Of a DNA stretch of 64,000 nucleotides, positions 1 through 10,755 are shown piece after piece. Source of the stretch: an uncultured delta proteobacterium (GTDB lineage: Bacteria > Myxococcota_A > Polyangia > Polyangiales > Polyangiaceae); the NCBI GenBank assembly GCA_963696385.1, contig CAVOKF010000004.1, positions 128,001 through 192,000 on the forward strand, written 5' to 3'. The notes under the pieces are model-generated. The model saw only the letters and a list, made by a program, of their open reading frames with translations. It was not told where the DNA came from and searched no databases. The translations under genes and the position numbers were made by a program. Numbering within the stretch: the first letter of the stretch is position 1; each line of letters starts with the position of its first letter.

Positions 1-888
1 AAGGGCGCGGTCGATGCCCGGCGCACCCGATGTCGGGTAGGTCGCACCGGCCGAGTTCTCGTTGTGCACGAGCACGATCCGGTCGTGCGGCGTGTATTCC
101 GCGAGCCGGAACAGGCCGCAGCCGACCATGTGGTAGAGCGACGACTCGTTACCGTACGCGTCGACGGCCTCGCGCGCGATCGGCGTCGTGAAGTGCATCG
201 CCATCAGGTAGCGAAGTTGTGGATAGGGCTGATTCAGCGAAACGGTGAATCGGTACGGGTTGGCAGAGTCGACCCGCACGCCGGGCATCGGCCGGTCGTA
301 GTTCGCGGCGTCGCGGACCGCGTCGGCCTTGGACGCGCCGAAGCCGCGACTGTACTCGTCCCACCCCAGTACCTTGTCGGCCAAGTTGCTCGCGAGAGGA
401 AACTCGACTTTCGGATCGGCCATCCTTTTGAAAGCGTAGACGACGTCGTCTGCGATCACGGGCCGACCTTTGCCGCCGGCAAAGCAGGGGTCGTTCTGAA
501 AGCGAAGGTCGTGGCGAATCTCGAATGTCCACGTCTCGCCGTGAAACGCCACGCCCCCCGGGCCGATGCCATCGAGCGGCTGGCGTCGCGGCGCCGCGAG
601 GCCGACGTCGAGTTCGAGCTCCCACGGGTTCTGCTTGAGAAAGTTGTAACGGAAGTACGATGGGTAGACCGGGTCCATGACCGCGGCGTCGCCGGAGTTG
701 TAGCTGACGGACGGGTCGAAGCTCTGCGGCTCGGATCCGAACGCGAAGAAGTAGGTCGGCTCTCGATTCCAGTCCACCGGATTGGGGTTATTCGAACAGC
801 CGGCGAGCAGAAAGGCGACCCCGATGGCCCGTTCGGCCCGGAGCGCAAGCGCGGTCGCCTGGATCGGTGCGCGGAGTTCGGACGCCAC
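1..888 (-). CDS. ABC transporter substrate-binding lipoprotein, family 5 (OppA/DppA-like); 3' end runs off the window
   Basis: Absent from the ORF track; translated by hand on the minus strand: lipobox LLAGC, EPQSFDP, WTFEIRHDLRFQNDPCF, PVIADDVVYAFKRMADP, MVGCGLFRL. GTG start at 888; an in-frame GTG at 954 is also possible. Confidence 0.85.
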   Translation of the reverse strand, partial: MASELRAPIQATALALRAERAIGVAFLLAGCSNNPNPVDWNREPTYFFAFGSEPQSFDPSVSYNSGDAAVMDPVYPSYFRYNFLKQNPWELELDVGLAAPRRQPLDGIGPGGVAFHGETWTFEIRHDLRFQNDPCFAGGKGRPVIADDVVYAFKRMADPKVEFPLASNLADKVLGWDEYSRGFGASKADAVRDAANYDRPMPGVRVDSANPYRFTVSLNQPYPQLRYLMAMHFTTPIAREAVDAYGNESSLYHMVGCGLFRLAEYTPHDRIVLVHNENSAGATYPTSGAPGIDRAL

Positions 889-975
889 CCGCGTACGTCT
901 ACCATCGTTGCCGTCCTGCGCCCCTCGCTTGCGGCGGTCGGGCCGCCGTCCCACGGGGTTAAGGCAGGGCGCCAG

Positions 976-1950
976 TCACGGCATCCGAATCGTCCGAAGA
1001 CTCACCATGATGAAGTCCGACGCCCCAGGCAGTGTCGCCCACACACTGAGCTCGATCAGAGCGGGCCGCCCCGGGCTCTCGACCGGCAGATCGACCCGGA
1101 AGTGGCCGTCGTGCACGGCGACGGGGATGGGCGTCCGAAACCCGGGCGGCCAAACCATTTCGTACGGTGCCGGCACAGGATACGATCGCCGTCGATTGAG
1201 CTCGGCGAGCGGCATCGGCCGCGGGGCCTCCACCCGCGCCAGCCCAATGCCGGCGAACGTGGCCGGCGCCGCCAGGGCCCCTTCGACGTGGAGGGTGCCG
1301 CCGGCACGCATGCTCTTCGGCAGCGGGCCATAGGTACCAAAGGCATCGACGAACTCTTGAGCAAAGCAGGGCACGACCCATTCCGTCGGACTTCGGACGG
1401 GCTGGGCAACGCCGATGCCCACGCGCCGGTGCCATGGTTTGAGAATGTTCTGCCTGTGCCCATCGTTCGGAGGCCTCTCATTGAAGAACATGGCCTCGGC
1501 CTGCTCGACGCTTCGTTCGACGATGGCCGGAGCGGTATCGAGTTGTCGCCTTCTCTCGTCCATGAAGCAGCTGGCATTCTCGAGGACCATGTCGACGCCG
1601 CCCGCTTCCGTGAAGCGCTGCTCGGGCACGGACCCATCGGTGCCCCAGTGGCTCAGGTACCCATTTGCGGCCATGTCTTCGGCGTGCCGCTGTCCGGCTT
1701 GGGTCGCAGCGCCCGTGTCCATTTCGACGGGAGAAAGGCCGACGGATGCGCGGTCGCGATTGATGAGATCGACCATGGTGCGCCGGGCTTGGTCGGGGGT
1801 CAGAAGCCGCGACGCCGGCCCGCCCCAGGGCCCGACCGCACCAGGCTGGGCATTCGGCGCAGCCGAGCGGCTGGCCGATCCGGGCGGGGCGGCATGAGCC
1901 ACGCACGTCGCGAGAGCGACCGCCGCACAGGCCCATGAACGCCGCAGCAT
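976..1950 (-). CDS. Secreted CAP (SCP/cysteine-rich secretory) domain protein
   Basis: Signal peptide; LINRDRASVGL, AGQRHAEDMAANGYLSH, GHRQNIL...RVGIG CAP motifs. Confidence 0.85.
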   Translation of the reverse strand: MLRRSWACAAVALATCVAHAAPPGSASRSAAPNAQPGAVGPWGGPASRLLTPDQARRTMVDLINRDRASVGLSPVEMDTGAATQAGQRHAEDMAANGYLSHWGTDGSVPEQRFTEAGGVDMVLENASCFMDERRRQLDTAPAIVERSVEQAEAMFFNERPPNDGHRQNILKPWHRRVGIGVAQPVRSPTEWVVPCFAQEFVDAFGTYGPLPKSMRAGGTLHVEGALAAPATFAGIGLARVEAPRPMPLAELNRRRSYPVPAPYEMVWPPGFRTPIPVAVHDGHFRVDLPVESPGRPALIELSVWATLPGASDFIMVSLRTIRMP

Positions 1951-2189
1951 CCCCGATCGTTACCACGGGCGACGCGCCGTCCGGGCGGACGACTGACACG
2001 GACGACGCTGTACGACTGCCGAGAATGAAGGCCTCACCCGCGGTATGCAGATCCGCGCGGCGCGGCGGAATACAATACGACGCTCGGCGCAACTAGGATT
2101 TTCACGCGACACGTTCGGCTGACAAGTCCGCTTGATCGCGGCGGAACGACGCCCCCCATTGGCCCCGCCGCGAAGGTCGCGGGCCAGTC

Positions 2190-2720
2190 CTACAGCTGCG
2201 CGGCCTGACGGTCCGATCGAAGGCTCGACAACGCTTGAGCTCGAGCCAAAATGGCTTGCGCATCGGCGGTCGAGTCGCCCGTGACTTCGATGCGGAAGCC
2301 GTCGCGCGCCGACGTCACATCGATTTGAACCAACGCACCCGGCAGCCAAAAGGGATCGGCCGAAGTGTCCGAGCCTCCAGCGTGCACGACCAGCTGCTGA
2401 GCTCCATGGCATTCGAGCGCCCGATCGAGCCATTCCGCAGTCTGCCCGTTGACCGGCCGCACCAGAATGGCCGCACCACGCAGTCTGGGATTGCTGCTCT
2501 TGCTCGTAGTACCGATGTAAATTGGATCGACGCGCTCGACAGCCGACCCATCCAGCACCCTCGCAACAGCCGCCTCGGTGAAGTCGGCGGTGCAGCGGGT
2601 CCGCTCGACGGCCGCCGCCTGGTCCGCGGGACTCCGAAATTGGGCCGCGTCCTGGCAGCCGACCAGCGCTGCGGGACCGACGGCCATTGCGAACGCAACC
2701 AAACCCATGCGTGTGTTCAT
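2190..2720 (-). CDS. Hypothetical lipoprotein
   Basis: MNTRMGLVAFAMAVGPAALVGC signal with lipobox-like LVGC; GGAGG-like RBS upstream. Confidence 0.65.
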   Translation of the reverse strand: MNTRMGLVAFAMAVGPAALVGCQDAAQFRSPADQAAAVERTRCTADFTEAAVARVLDGSAVERVDPIYIGTTSKSSNPRLRGAAILVRPVNGQTAEWLDRALECHGAQQLVVHAGGSDTSADPFWLPGALVQIDVTSARDGFRIEVTGDSTADAQAILARAQALSSLRSDRQAAQL

Positions 2721-3438
2721 GATACCCTCCAACGGCTTTGAGCCGACGCCGATATCCTAACTACGACCCTGTTAATCCGACGTAGAGATGGGCCTCGTCG
2801 GCATATTGAAAAGATTAATGGCGGTCCACACTGAGTGAAATGCTACCAACCGGCGCCAAAGATGCTCCGGTCGAGCTGGGTCCGGAGTGCGGGAGGGCGG
2901 GTGCCGGCATCGGTCCATCACCCACCGAGATTTCGTTGAGCCACGCGCCGACTCGTTTGCGTTCGATGGCCGGGCAGGTTTCCGGTGTTGTCCGGTGTAG
3001 CCCAGGCAAGATGAATGCGTGGGTGAGAAGCGATGGGTAAGACGTGCGACCGATTTCGATATGCGAATACCCAGCTCGCGAGTCCGCGTCGCCTGCGAAT
3101 ACCGACATCGCTTTGATGAAACACTGGGCGGGCAGAAAGAGCGCCGCTGCCGGTTTCAACCGCAGAATGCGGCCCATGGATGCCATACAACGTAACGACG
3201 GCTCTCCAAAACGCCGGATTCCGCTCCGTGTCGGTCGGAGTTTCGGATGACGCTTATCGATTCGCGCTTACCCTGTTCCGACGAAGCTCGAGTGGTGGTG
3301 GACGACCGGGCCACGAGCGGGACGCTCGGTCGTGCACACGTGCGATGGGCGCAGGCCCAGCGACGATGAGGGCGACGCAACGGCCACGGTCACGCCAATC
3401 CGTAGGGCGCGATGGCCGGGCCCGCGCCGGTCGAGGAG

Positions 3439-5661
3439 TCACTTGTGCGGGGCGGGCGCGACGGCAGGGGCGGCGACCTGCCAGCGAAGCACAGTGCTCG
3501 CTTTGATTTCGTCCGGCACGTATTCGTCGACCTGGCCCGACAGCCAGGCCGCACCGATAGACACCAGCACCAAGACGAACACGTACAGGCCCCACGGGCG
3601 TTTCTTTTCGGCGAAGGGATCCTTGAGCGCTCGAGACGCGCCCGGTGGCAGTGACGCGACGGACGTCAGGGCTCCGCCAAAAGGCACGTTGACGCGCGCG
3701 AACGCGTTCACGGCCCACCCGTTCGCATCCAGAAGCGGCCCGATGTTGCGCTGCCGCAACTTCAACCAAGCGATGAGCATCGACGGCCCGGAGATGGCGA
3801 GCACCAGGGCGACGATCCCGAGCGGCATCCACATGCCCAGGCCGAGCACGGTCGCGACGATACTGGAAAAAAATGTGGCGATGCCGCCGACGGCGACGCC
3901 GATGGCCGCGACGGTGCCCACGTCGATCTTCTTGGGCTCGGGGGTCTCCAGCTTCGGTTCGTCCGCCGCGGCGGCGGCGACCACCGCGGTGGCGCCTTCC
4001 CCGAGTCGCTTGTTGGCATCCGTCTCGGCGGCCGTGGATCGCTTGGCGAGCTGTTCCTGGATAAGGCGGACGAATCTCTTGTAGGGCGCCCAGAACGCTT
4101 GCCGCACGCTGATCGGGTTCTCGACGACCTTGGTCACGGCCGCGTCCCAGTCGTCGCCTTTGCGGTCGTAAAAGACGCCGTTGCGTCCGACCATCAGATT
4201 GTCGACATCACCGGCGGTGACGGCGGCGACAATCGTGCGCTTTTCCGCATCGCGCTTGCGCGTGCACTCGCAATAGGCCAAGTACGCGTTCGACAATCCG
4301 GCGAGGGTCGCGTGCTTCGTGACGTCGTGGACGGGAAGACACAGCTCGCAGCTGCGTCCGTCGATGTACAGGGTGCCCGCTTGAAACGCCGCCCGCTTTT
4401 TGCCGTAGAAGTCGGCAAAGTTGACGAAATTCTTGAGCAACGGCACGAAGTCACGCCGCAAGCGGATCATTTTCTCGACGGCCTCGAGCCGAGCGCTCTC
4501 CGCGGCGAACCCCGCATCTTCGGCGACCAACGCGGAGACCCGCTGGTACGCTTGCCCGCGGGCCAGCGCCACAATTCGATCCCGGCCAAGCTTGCCGATC
4601 GCGTCGTCGGCGGGTCGCGACGCGAGCCAAGCCTCGTAGGGAGCGATGCGATCCTGGATGACCGCCCAGTCGCTCTCCGAGCAGCAGGGGCGGGGCCCCC
4701 CGAGAATCGGCACGATCGCACCGCTCACGAACGACGCCACCCGGGCCGTCCACGCCGGGTTCACCGCTGCAAGAGGCAGATCCGCGCCGGCCTCGACGCG
4801 CGCGAGCGGGAGAGCCGCGACGTCGGTGTCCTCCAGGGCGAGGACCCGCCCGGCGAAAGCGGCGATCCGTTCCTCGGTCCCGTTGAGCGCGGCAACGACC
4901 CGGCCTTCGAAGGCCGCAAGCCGGCAGCGAACGAAGTAATCGTCGATCTTGGCGCGGACGGCGGCGATGGACAGCGCTGCGGCCGATGTGTCCGGGCCGA
5001 GCGTGAGCACAGAAGGCTCCTGGTCGAGCCACGCGGCGTAGGCCCGCACTCGGGCAAAGAAGGCGTCCAGGCGGCCTTGGTCGATCCCGGGCTTGCCGCT
5101 CCAATCGACCGCCGAGCCCTCGGCGGCCAACGCGTCGGTGATGGCTGCTTTCGTCTCGTCATCCACCGCCGAGTCGGCCGGCACGATGCCGTCGCCGTTG
5201 AGTGCTCTCTGCATGAAACTCTTCTCGGTGTCGGCGATGTCGGCAAGGGAGACGGCTGGGGCGCCCGCACGACCGAGCGCGTTGACGATCCGCGTGACGG
5301 CGTCGCGAATGTCGCGGCCGACCGCGGTATCGGTACGGATGGACGCGACCGGAACGGAGTCGCCGCCCTGGAACAGATCGTCGAGGTTGCTGAACACCTC
5401 GCACGCCCAAGCGATGGCGCTCAAGATCTCCGGCGGGCGGATGCGTCCGTCCCGGTCGCTGTCGACGAAGTCGAGCGTACGTTCGTCGATCTCGAGTCCG
5501 CGGGTGGGACAGGCGAGCGCCACCCACAGCTTCTTATCGAGCGACGCGAGTTGCTCGAGATCGTTGCCGTTGGCGAGTACGACCTGATCGACCGTTCCGG
5601 CGCGGAAGAATTTCCAGGTTTTTCGTTGCGTTGGCTGATCGGGCAAGGAGCTCGGCCGCAT
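3439..5661 (-). CDS. Conserved hypothetical membrane protein with an EF-hand-like loop and C-terminal TM helices
   Basis: 740 aa ORF with host-like codon usage; DSDRDGRIRPPE loop; hydrophobic segments near the C-terminus. Confidence 0.8.
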   Translation of the reverse strand: MRPSSLPDQPTQRKTWKFFRAGTVDQVVLANGNDLEQLASLDKKLWVALACPTRGLEIDERTLDFVDSDRDGRIRPPEILSAIAWACEVFSNLDDLFQGGDSVPVASIRTDTAVGRDIRDAVTRIVNALGRAGAPAVSLADIADTEKSFMQRALNGDGIVPADSAVDDETKAAITDALAAEGSAVDWSGKPGIDQGRLDAFFARVRAYAAWLDQEPSVLTLGPDTSAAALSIAAVRAKIDDYFVRCRLAAFEGRVVAALNGTEERIAAFAGRVLALEDTDVAALPLARVEAGADLPLAAVNPAWTARVASFVSGAIVPILGGPRPCCSESDWAVIQDRIAPYEAWLASRPADDAIGKLGRDRIVALARGQAYQRVSALVAEDAGFAAESARLEAVEKMIRLRRDFVPLLKNFVNFADFYGKKRAAFQAGTLYIDGRSCELCLPVHDVTKHATLAGLSNAYLAYCECTRKRDAEKRTIVAAVTAGDVDNLMVGRNGVFYDRKGDDWDAAVTKVVENPISVRQAFWAPYKRFVRLIQEQLAKRSTAAETDANKRLGEGATAVVAAAAADEPKLETPEPKKIDVGTVAAIGVAVGGIATFFSSIVATVLGLGMWMPLGIVALVLAISGPSMLIAWLKLRQRNIGPLLDANGWAVNAFARVNVPFGGALTSVASLPPGASRALKDPFAEKKRPWGLYVFVLVLVSIGAAWLSGQVDEYVPDEIKASTVLRWQVAAPAVAPAPHK

Positions 5662-6197
5662 AGTAGGCGGATCCCGCCGCTTGCCAAGACACTCGCGCGT
5701 CGCGGCCCATGCCGTGCGGAAAGCGGCGCCGCGGCCTCGATGTTTTCAAATGATGCTAAGGAGGTTGGGGTGCGCACGATCCGGGTTCCGTCATGAACCG
5801 GCGCGAACGCAGAGCGGCTGCCGCGGGCGCTCGGCGCGGCAACCCGACGGGCACGCCGCGGTGGCCCCCGACGGCGCCTTCCCGCTTTGCGGGCGACGGC
5901 GGCGTTGGAGAAGCTCGTCCGCCCACACCGTCAACGACTTTCCAGGGGCCCTAACGTTCGGCGGACGAGCGCCTTAAACCGGACCACACGACCCAATAAA
6001 AAGGACGAAGAAAACGTGGCGCGCTGCATCAAATTTGTGTCAAACGGGGTGCGGGCGTTTGCAAGCGCCACGGCGAGAGCGGGCGCGGCCGTGCGGCCGA
6101 ACAGGCTTGGCGGGACCTTCGCGTGCCCGACCACCCCCAAGCCCCCCAAGTCCCATTTCCGTTCGCGCAGCTGATGCGCTAGTGACTCGCACGATCC

Positions 6198-7169
6198 ATG
6201 GTCAGCGAGTCGATCCTTCAGGCCGCCCTGCCCCACTGCCTGTCACGCACCGATTTCACGGCGCTCGGGACGAAGTACGAGGGCAAGGTCCGAGACAACT
6301 ATACGCGCGGCGGTAGGCGCTTCATCGTCGTGACCGACCGAATCAGCGCATTCGATCGAGTCCTCGGGACGATCCCGTTTAAGGGGCAAGTGCTGAACCG
6401 CCTCGCCGCATGGTGGTTCGACACGACCCGGGCCATCGCCGACAATCACATGCTGCGCGTGCCCGATCCGAACGTGTTGGAATGCGTCGAGTGCACGCCG
6501 ATTCTCGTCGAAATGGTCGTGCGGGCCTACGTGACCGGCACGACGTCCACCAGTCTATGGACCCATTACGAGCGCGGTGCTCGCGTATTTTGCGGCCATG
6601 AGCTGCCCGAGGGTCTCAAGAAGCATCAACCCTTGCCGCAGCCCATCGTCACGCCCACGACGAAGGCGCCGAAAGGTGAGCACGATGTGTCGGGCTCGCG
6701 GGAAGAAATTCTTTCCTTGGGGCAGGTCACGGCTCGCGATTTCGACGAAGCTTCGGCTGTGGCGTTGGCGCTGTTCGAGGCCGGCCAAAAGGTCTGCGCC
6801 GCGCGAGGCCTCATCCTCGTCGACACGAAGTACGAGTTCGGCAGAGCGAGCGACGGCACGCTCAAGGTGATCGACGAGATGCATACGCCGGACTCGTCGC
6901 GTTTTTGGCAAGCGTCGACGTACCCCGATCGCTTCCGTGCCGGACAAGACCCCGAGCCGCTCGACAAGGACTTCGTGCGTCGCTGGTATGTGTCGAAGGG
7001 GTACCGTGGCGACGGGGATCCCCCGGCGCTTCCCGATGAGATCCGTGTCGGTGCCGCCGAACGGTACATTGCGGCGTTCGAGCAGATCACGGGTGAAGCG
7101 TTCGTGCCGGACATGCAGCCGCCGATCGCTCGAATCGCAAACCATCTTGGACTCGGAGGCAACCGGTGA
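6198..7169 (+). CDS. purC: Phosphoribosylaminoimidazole-succinocarboxamide (SAICAR) synthase
   Basis: [36 protein letters not shown] motifs. Confidence 0.97.
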   Translation: MVSESILQAALPHCLSRTDFTALGTKYEGKVRDNYTRGGRRFIVVTDRISAFDRVLGTIPFKGQVLNRLAAWWFDTTRAIADNHMLRVPDPNVLECVECTPILVEMVVRAYVTGTTSTSLWTHYERGARVFCGHELPEGLKKHQPLPQPIVTPTTKAPKGEHDVSGSREEILSLGQVTARDFDEASAVALALFEAGQKVCAARGLILVDTKYEFGRASDGTLKVIDEMHTPDSSRFWQASTYPDRFRAGQDPEPLDKDFVRRWYVSKGYRGDGDPPALPDEIRVGAAERYIAAFEQITGEAFVPDMQPPIARIANHLGLGGNR

Positions 7170-7408
7170 AGACCACCATCGTCGTCAGGCTGAAACCGGA
7201 GGTCCTGGACCCTCAGGGGGACGCCGTTCGCCGTGCGCTCGGAAAGCTCGGGTTCGACGGTGTGAAGGAGGTGCGCGTCGGCAAGCTCATCGAGATCGAG
7301 ATGGACGACGCGTCGTGTACCGGAACGGATGTCGCGGAGCGCTTGAGTCAGATGGCCGATCAGATGCTCGCAAACCCCGTCATCGAGGATTACGAAGTCC
7401 GAATGTAG
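7166..7408 (+). CDS. purS: Phosphoribosylformylglycinamidine synthase subunit PurS
   Basis: [28 protein letters not shown] overlap with purC. Confidence 0.96.
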   Translation: MKTTIVVRLKPEVLDPQGDAVRRALGKLGFDGVKEVRVGKLIEIEMDDASCTGTDVAERLSQMADQMLANPVIEDYEVRM

Positions 7409-7512
7409 CCCTGCCGTGGACCGGGGAGAGACCCCCGGTGCCGGACCAAGAGCCGCGCCAGTATGCGGTTCGCTTCTCGGGTCCACGGCGCGAAGGGGTC
7501 GATCGCTCGGGT

Positions 7513-8667
7513 CTACAGCGCGAACGGCGTCGGCATGAAGAGCAGGGCGAAAAAGGCCAACGTCACGATGGCGATGACGATGCGCCCGAAGCGGAGGGGC
7601 GTGGGGCCGGTCGCCGGGTGATCGAGCAGGCGGCTGCCGTCCCGCAGAGCTCCCCATCGCGCTTCCATGACGAGCAGCACCGCGAGCGCGGCGAACCAGG
7701 ACGCCCACAAGACAGGCGAACTTCGATCGTGGAGCACGGACGCGACCAAGACGAGACCGAGGGTGGCGAGCACGCGAACCCGAACCGTCAAGCCGTCGCT
7801 GTTCGTGCGCGCCGGTGCGCGCGACGTGATCGACCCGAGGATGGCGAGCACTTCGAACCAGACGAGCCAAAAGATCGAGTTTCCGACGTGTCGACCGAGA
7901 CGCCAGAGCCCGAAGCCGGCGTGCACGTCGCGCGCGGCGAAGCTCGCAACGCTGACGAAGAAGAAGACGAGCATCGAGTGATGCACCCATCGAGCCAGCC
8001 GATTTTGCCGAGGTCCGAAGAGCGCGTAGGCCACGTGTCCGCCGTCGAGCTGTCCGACCGGCAGCAGGTTGATCATCGTGACGAACAAACCCGCCCACCC
8101 GGCGTTCGCGACGGGTGAGAGAAAGAGGGCCATCCCGGCCGGCACCGGCGGCGCCACGTACCCATCGATGAGCCGCAGCAGGAGCGAGTCCCCGAGCTCG
8201 GCGCCTTGCCCGTCGAAGGGCATGACGCGCGAATGCGCCGCGCCCCATGCGTAGAGCGGAAGCGCGAGTGCGAGCCCCGCGAGCGGTCCTGCCGCGCCGA
8301 TATCGAGAAGGGCCCGCCGCGTCGGGATCACGGATCGCATGCGGATCACCGCGCCCATCGTGCCGAACGGCGACAGCAACGGCAGCGGGATGAAATAGGG
8401 AAGGGAGGCATCGACGCGGTGCCGACGGGCGGCGACGAAGTGTCCGAATTCGTGCGCCAGAAGGATGGCGAGCAGCGTGCTCGTGAATTGGGCGGCGCCA
8501 ACGACGGCCGTCCGCGAGGCGTCGCCGTTCCACACGCTCGTCAGAAAAAATGTGGCAAAGACGCTGCCGACCGTCGCGACGAAGAGCCCGGCGTTGGCGC
8601 GCCACGCCAGCGGACCGCTTCGAACACGCCCTAGCGCAGTGTCCGTTGAATCAGCCGAGGATGTCAC
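7513..8667 (-). CDS. Site-2 protease family (M50) intramembrane zinc metalloprotease
   Basis: HEFGH, AGPLAG, NLLPVGQLDGGH; start uncertain (8667 or 8712). Confidence 0.92.
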   Translation of the reverse strand: MTSSADSTDTALGRVRSGPLAWRANAGLFVATVGSVFATFFLTSVWNGDASRTAVVGAAQFTSTLLAILLAHEFGHFVAARRHRVDASLPYFIPLPLLSPFGTMGAVIRMRSVIPTRRALLDIGAAGPLAGLALALPLYAWGAAHSRVMPFDGQGAELGDSLLLRLIDGYVAPPVPAGMALFLSPVANAGWAGLFVTMINLLPVGQLDGGHVAYALFGPRQNRLARWVHHSMLVFFFVSVASFAARDVHAGFGLWRLGRHVGNSIFWLVWFEVLAILGSITSRAPARTNSDGLTVRVRVLATLGLVLVASVLHDRSSPVLWASWFAALAVLLVMEARWGALRDGSRLLDHPATGPTPLRFGRIVIAIVTLAFFALLFMPTPFAL

Positions 8668-9238
8668 GGAGGGCGGCGGCGAGCCGGTCGAATCGGAGTG
8701 CAAGCTTGGCATCGATGGTTCCTAGGTCCGTGTGCAACTGGAGTTCGCCGCGCGCAAGGTCCGATGCATCGCGCACCTCGACCGATTGTACGTCGAGCCC
8801 CGCGATCGACAGGTGTTTGCGGAGAGCCTGTGCGTCGAGTGGGTGTGCGTCGATGATGGCGCGGCGAACTCCTCCGGCCTCCGCCAAGACGGTTCGAGCC
8901 AGCGCAGCGACGCGCGATGCGTCCAGCTCGAGCGACGCTCCGAGCAGCCGCTCGGCGAGCGCGACCGCAATAGGGAGGATGCGGTCCGCGTCGCGCTCGA
9001 GCTGCTTTTGCTGGTCGTTGCGGAGCGCCAGCCATTCTGCCGCGACGCGTGCCCGGGCATCGGCCTCGGCATCGCGCACGGCGGCCGTCACCGCGTCGTG
9101 CCCTTGCTCTAGAGCGCGAGCGACGATTTTCTCGGCCTCGGCTCTCGCCTGCCGAATCAAGCGTTCGGCCGCCAGCCGTCCTTCGATCTCTTCCCGGGTG
9201 ATCCGGCGTCGCTGCGCGTCGCTGGGTCCGGGCGACAT
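8651..9238 (-). CDS. FliH/SctL family type III export stator protein
   Basis: A-rich coiled-coil N-terminus, AHPLD, DASDLARGELQLHTDLGTIDA C-terminal signature; start could be 9295. Confidence 0.75.
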   Translation of the reverse strand: MSPGPSDAQRRRITREEIEGRLAAERLIRQARAEAEKIVARALEQGHDAVTAAVRDAEADARARVAAEWLALRNDQQKQLERDADRILPIAVALAERLLGASLELDASRVAALARTVLAEAGGVRRAIIDAHPLDAQALRKHLSIAGLDVQSVEVRDASDLARGELQLHTDLGTIDAKLALRFDRLAAALRDILG

Positions 9239-9291
9239 CAGCGGTCTGCCGCGGCCGGCGGCCTCGCCCCGCACGACTCGAGCTCGCGGCG

Positions 9292-9504
9292 TCACGGTAG
9301 CCCCAACGCGCGCAGAGCCATTGCGACATGCGACAACCCGTGCGCGAGTTCGCGGACCCGCGTGTTTCTCTCCGAAGATCGAAGCGCTCGGATCAGTCGG
9401 TCGGCATGCAGGGCGCCGTCTCCAAGCTCGCCCAGGACGCAGTCGAGCGGCTCACCCAACAGGGCACTGATCGCCACGAACGCGGACTCCCATCGAGCGC
9501 CCAT
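9292..9504 (-). CDS. Small hypothetical protein upstream of sctL/fliH
   Basis: 70 aa ORF lying between the thiolase and sctL genes in the same direction. Confidence 0.55.
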   Translation of the reverse strand: MGARWESAFVAISALLGEPLDCVLGELGDGALHADRLIRALRSSERNTRVRELAHGLSHVAMALRALGLP

Positions 9505-9558
9505 TGCGATCGAGTGTAGCTCGCCTTCCCCCGGTCGGAGACTCGAATAGACGGCCGG

Positions 9559-10755
9559 TTACGGCCGCTCGACGACGAGAGCCAGAGCCTCGCCCCCCCC
9601 GATGCAGAGCGTCGCCAGGCCACGCTTGGCCTTGCGGTCCCTCATGGCGTAAAGCAGGGTCGTTACGATCCGCGCGCCGCTCGCCCCGATGGGATGCCCG
9701 AGCGCGACCGCGCCGCCACGCACGTTGATGCGATCCGGATCGATCGCGCACAGTTTGCCGACCGCCATCGTCACCACCGCGAAGGCTTCGTTGATTTCGT
9801 ACAGATCGATATCGGTCGCATTCAGGCCGACCTTTCGAAGGGTCTGATCGATCGCTTTGGCCGGGGCTGTCGTGAACCACTCGGGCGCCTGCGCCGCGCC
9901 GCCATAGCCGACGATGCGCGCGAGGGGATCGAGGCCGTGGCGCTCGACGGCCGCCTCGCTCGCTAGCAGGAGTGCGCTCGCGCCGTCGTTGATGCTCGAC
10001 GCGTTCGCAGCGGTAATGGTCCCGTCTTTCGAGAAAGCCGGTTTGAGGGCCGCAAACTTCGACGGATCGCCTTTGGACGGCCCCTCGTCGCTTTGGACCA
10101 GGAGCGGCTCTCCCCGCCTCTGCGGGACCTTCGCGGGCTCGATCTCGGCGTCAAACCCGCCCTCGCGTTGGGTGGCCACGGCGCGACGAAAGCTCTCCTT
10201 GGCGTATTCGTCCTGCTGCTCGCGCGAAAAGCCGAACTCGGCCGCGCAACGGTCGCCGCACGTGCCCATATGAGCGTCGCCATAGGGGTCCCACAGGCCG
10301 TCGAAGATCATCCCGTCCACGACTTTGGCGTCGCCCATCCGGTAGCCCGTGCGCGCCTTGTCGAGGTAGTAAGGCACGTTCGACATCGACTCCATGCCTC
10401 CGGCGATCACCAGATCGGCGTCCCCGATGGCGATCAATCGCGTTGCGAACACGATGGCCTGCATCCCGGAACCGCAGACCTTGCCGATCGTGGTCGCGGG
10501 GACCGTGTTCGGAAGGCCCGCGTAGATCGCGGCCTGCCGCGCGGGTGCCTGCCCCACACCCGCCGACAGAACGTTGCCGAGGAGCACTTCCTCGACGGCT
10601 TCCGGTGGCATATGGGCGCGGGCAAGCGCACCTCGGATCGCGATCGCACCCAGATCCGGCGCCCGCAGCGGCGCGAGAGAGCCGAGAAAAGCGCCGATCG
10701 GCGTTCGCGAGGCGGACACGACATAGACGGGCGGCAAACGCTTGGGCTCGGGCAC
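9559..10755 (-). CDS. Acetyl-CoA C-acetyltransferase (thiolase)
   Basis: RTPIG, KVCGSG, NEAFA, GHPIGASG, LCIGGG; start placed at GTG 10755. Confidence 0.96.
   Translation of the reverse strand: MPEPKRLPPVYVVSASRTPIGAFLGSLAPLRAPDLGAIAIRGALARAHMPPEAVEEVLLGNVLSAGVGQAPARQAAIYAGLPNTVPATTIGKVCGSGMQAIVFATRLIAIGDADLVIAGGMESMSNVPYYLDKARTGYRMGDAKVVDGMIFDGLWDPYGDAHMGTCGDRCAAEFGFSREQQDEYAKESFRRAVATQREGGFDAEIEPAKVPQRRGEPLLVQSDEGPSKGDPSKFAALKPAFSKDGTITAANASSINDGASALLLASEAAVERHGLDPLARIVGYGGAAQAPEWFTTAPAKAIDQTLRKVGLNATDIDLYEINEAFAVVTMAVGKLCAIDPDRINVRGGAVALGHPIGASGARIVTTLLYAMRDRKAKRGLATLCIGGGEALALVVERP

Noticed and set aside
64..1938. 624 aa plus-strand ORF
   Set aside because: Antisense shadow of the ABC substrate-binding and CAP genes; no motifs
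2815..3186. 123 aa minus-strand ORF in a lower-GC gap
   Set aside because: No recognisable motif, weak codon bias and no clear RBS; cannot be supported
4099..5796. Long antisense ORFs (also 6626-8605, 16956-18593, 20914-22764, 36189-37781, 52057-54462, 58172-59923)
   Set aside because: Typical high-GC shadow frames opposite or overlapping well-supported genes
5793..5954. 53 aa ORF starting MNRRERRAAAA
   Set aside because: The N-terminus looks protein-like but the rest is low-complexity and the SD-like sequence is too far upstream
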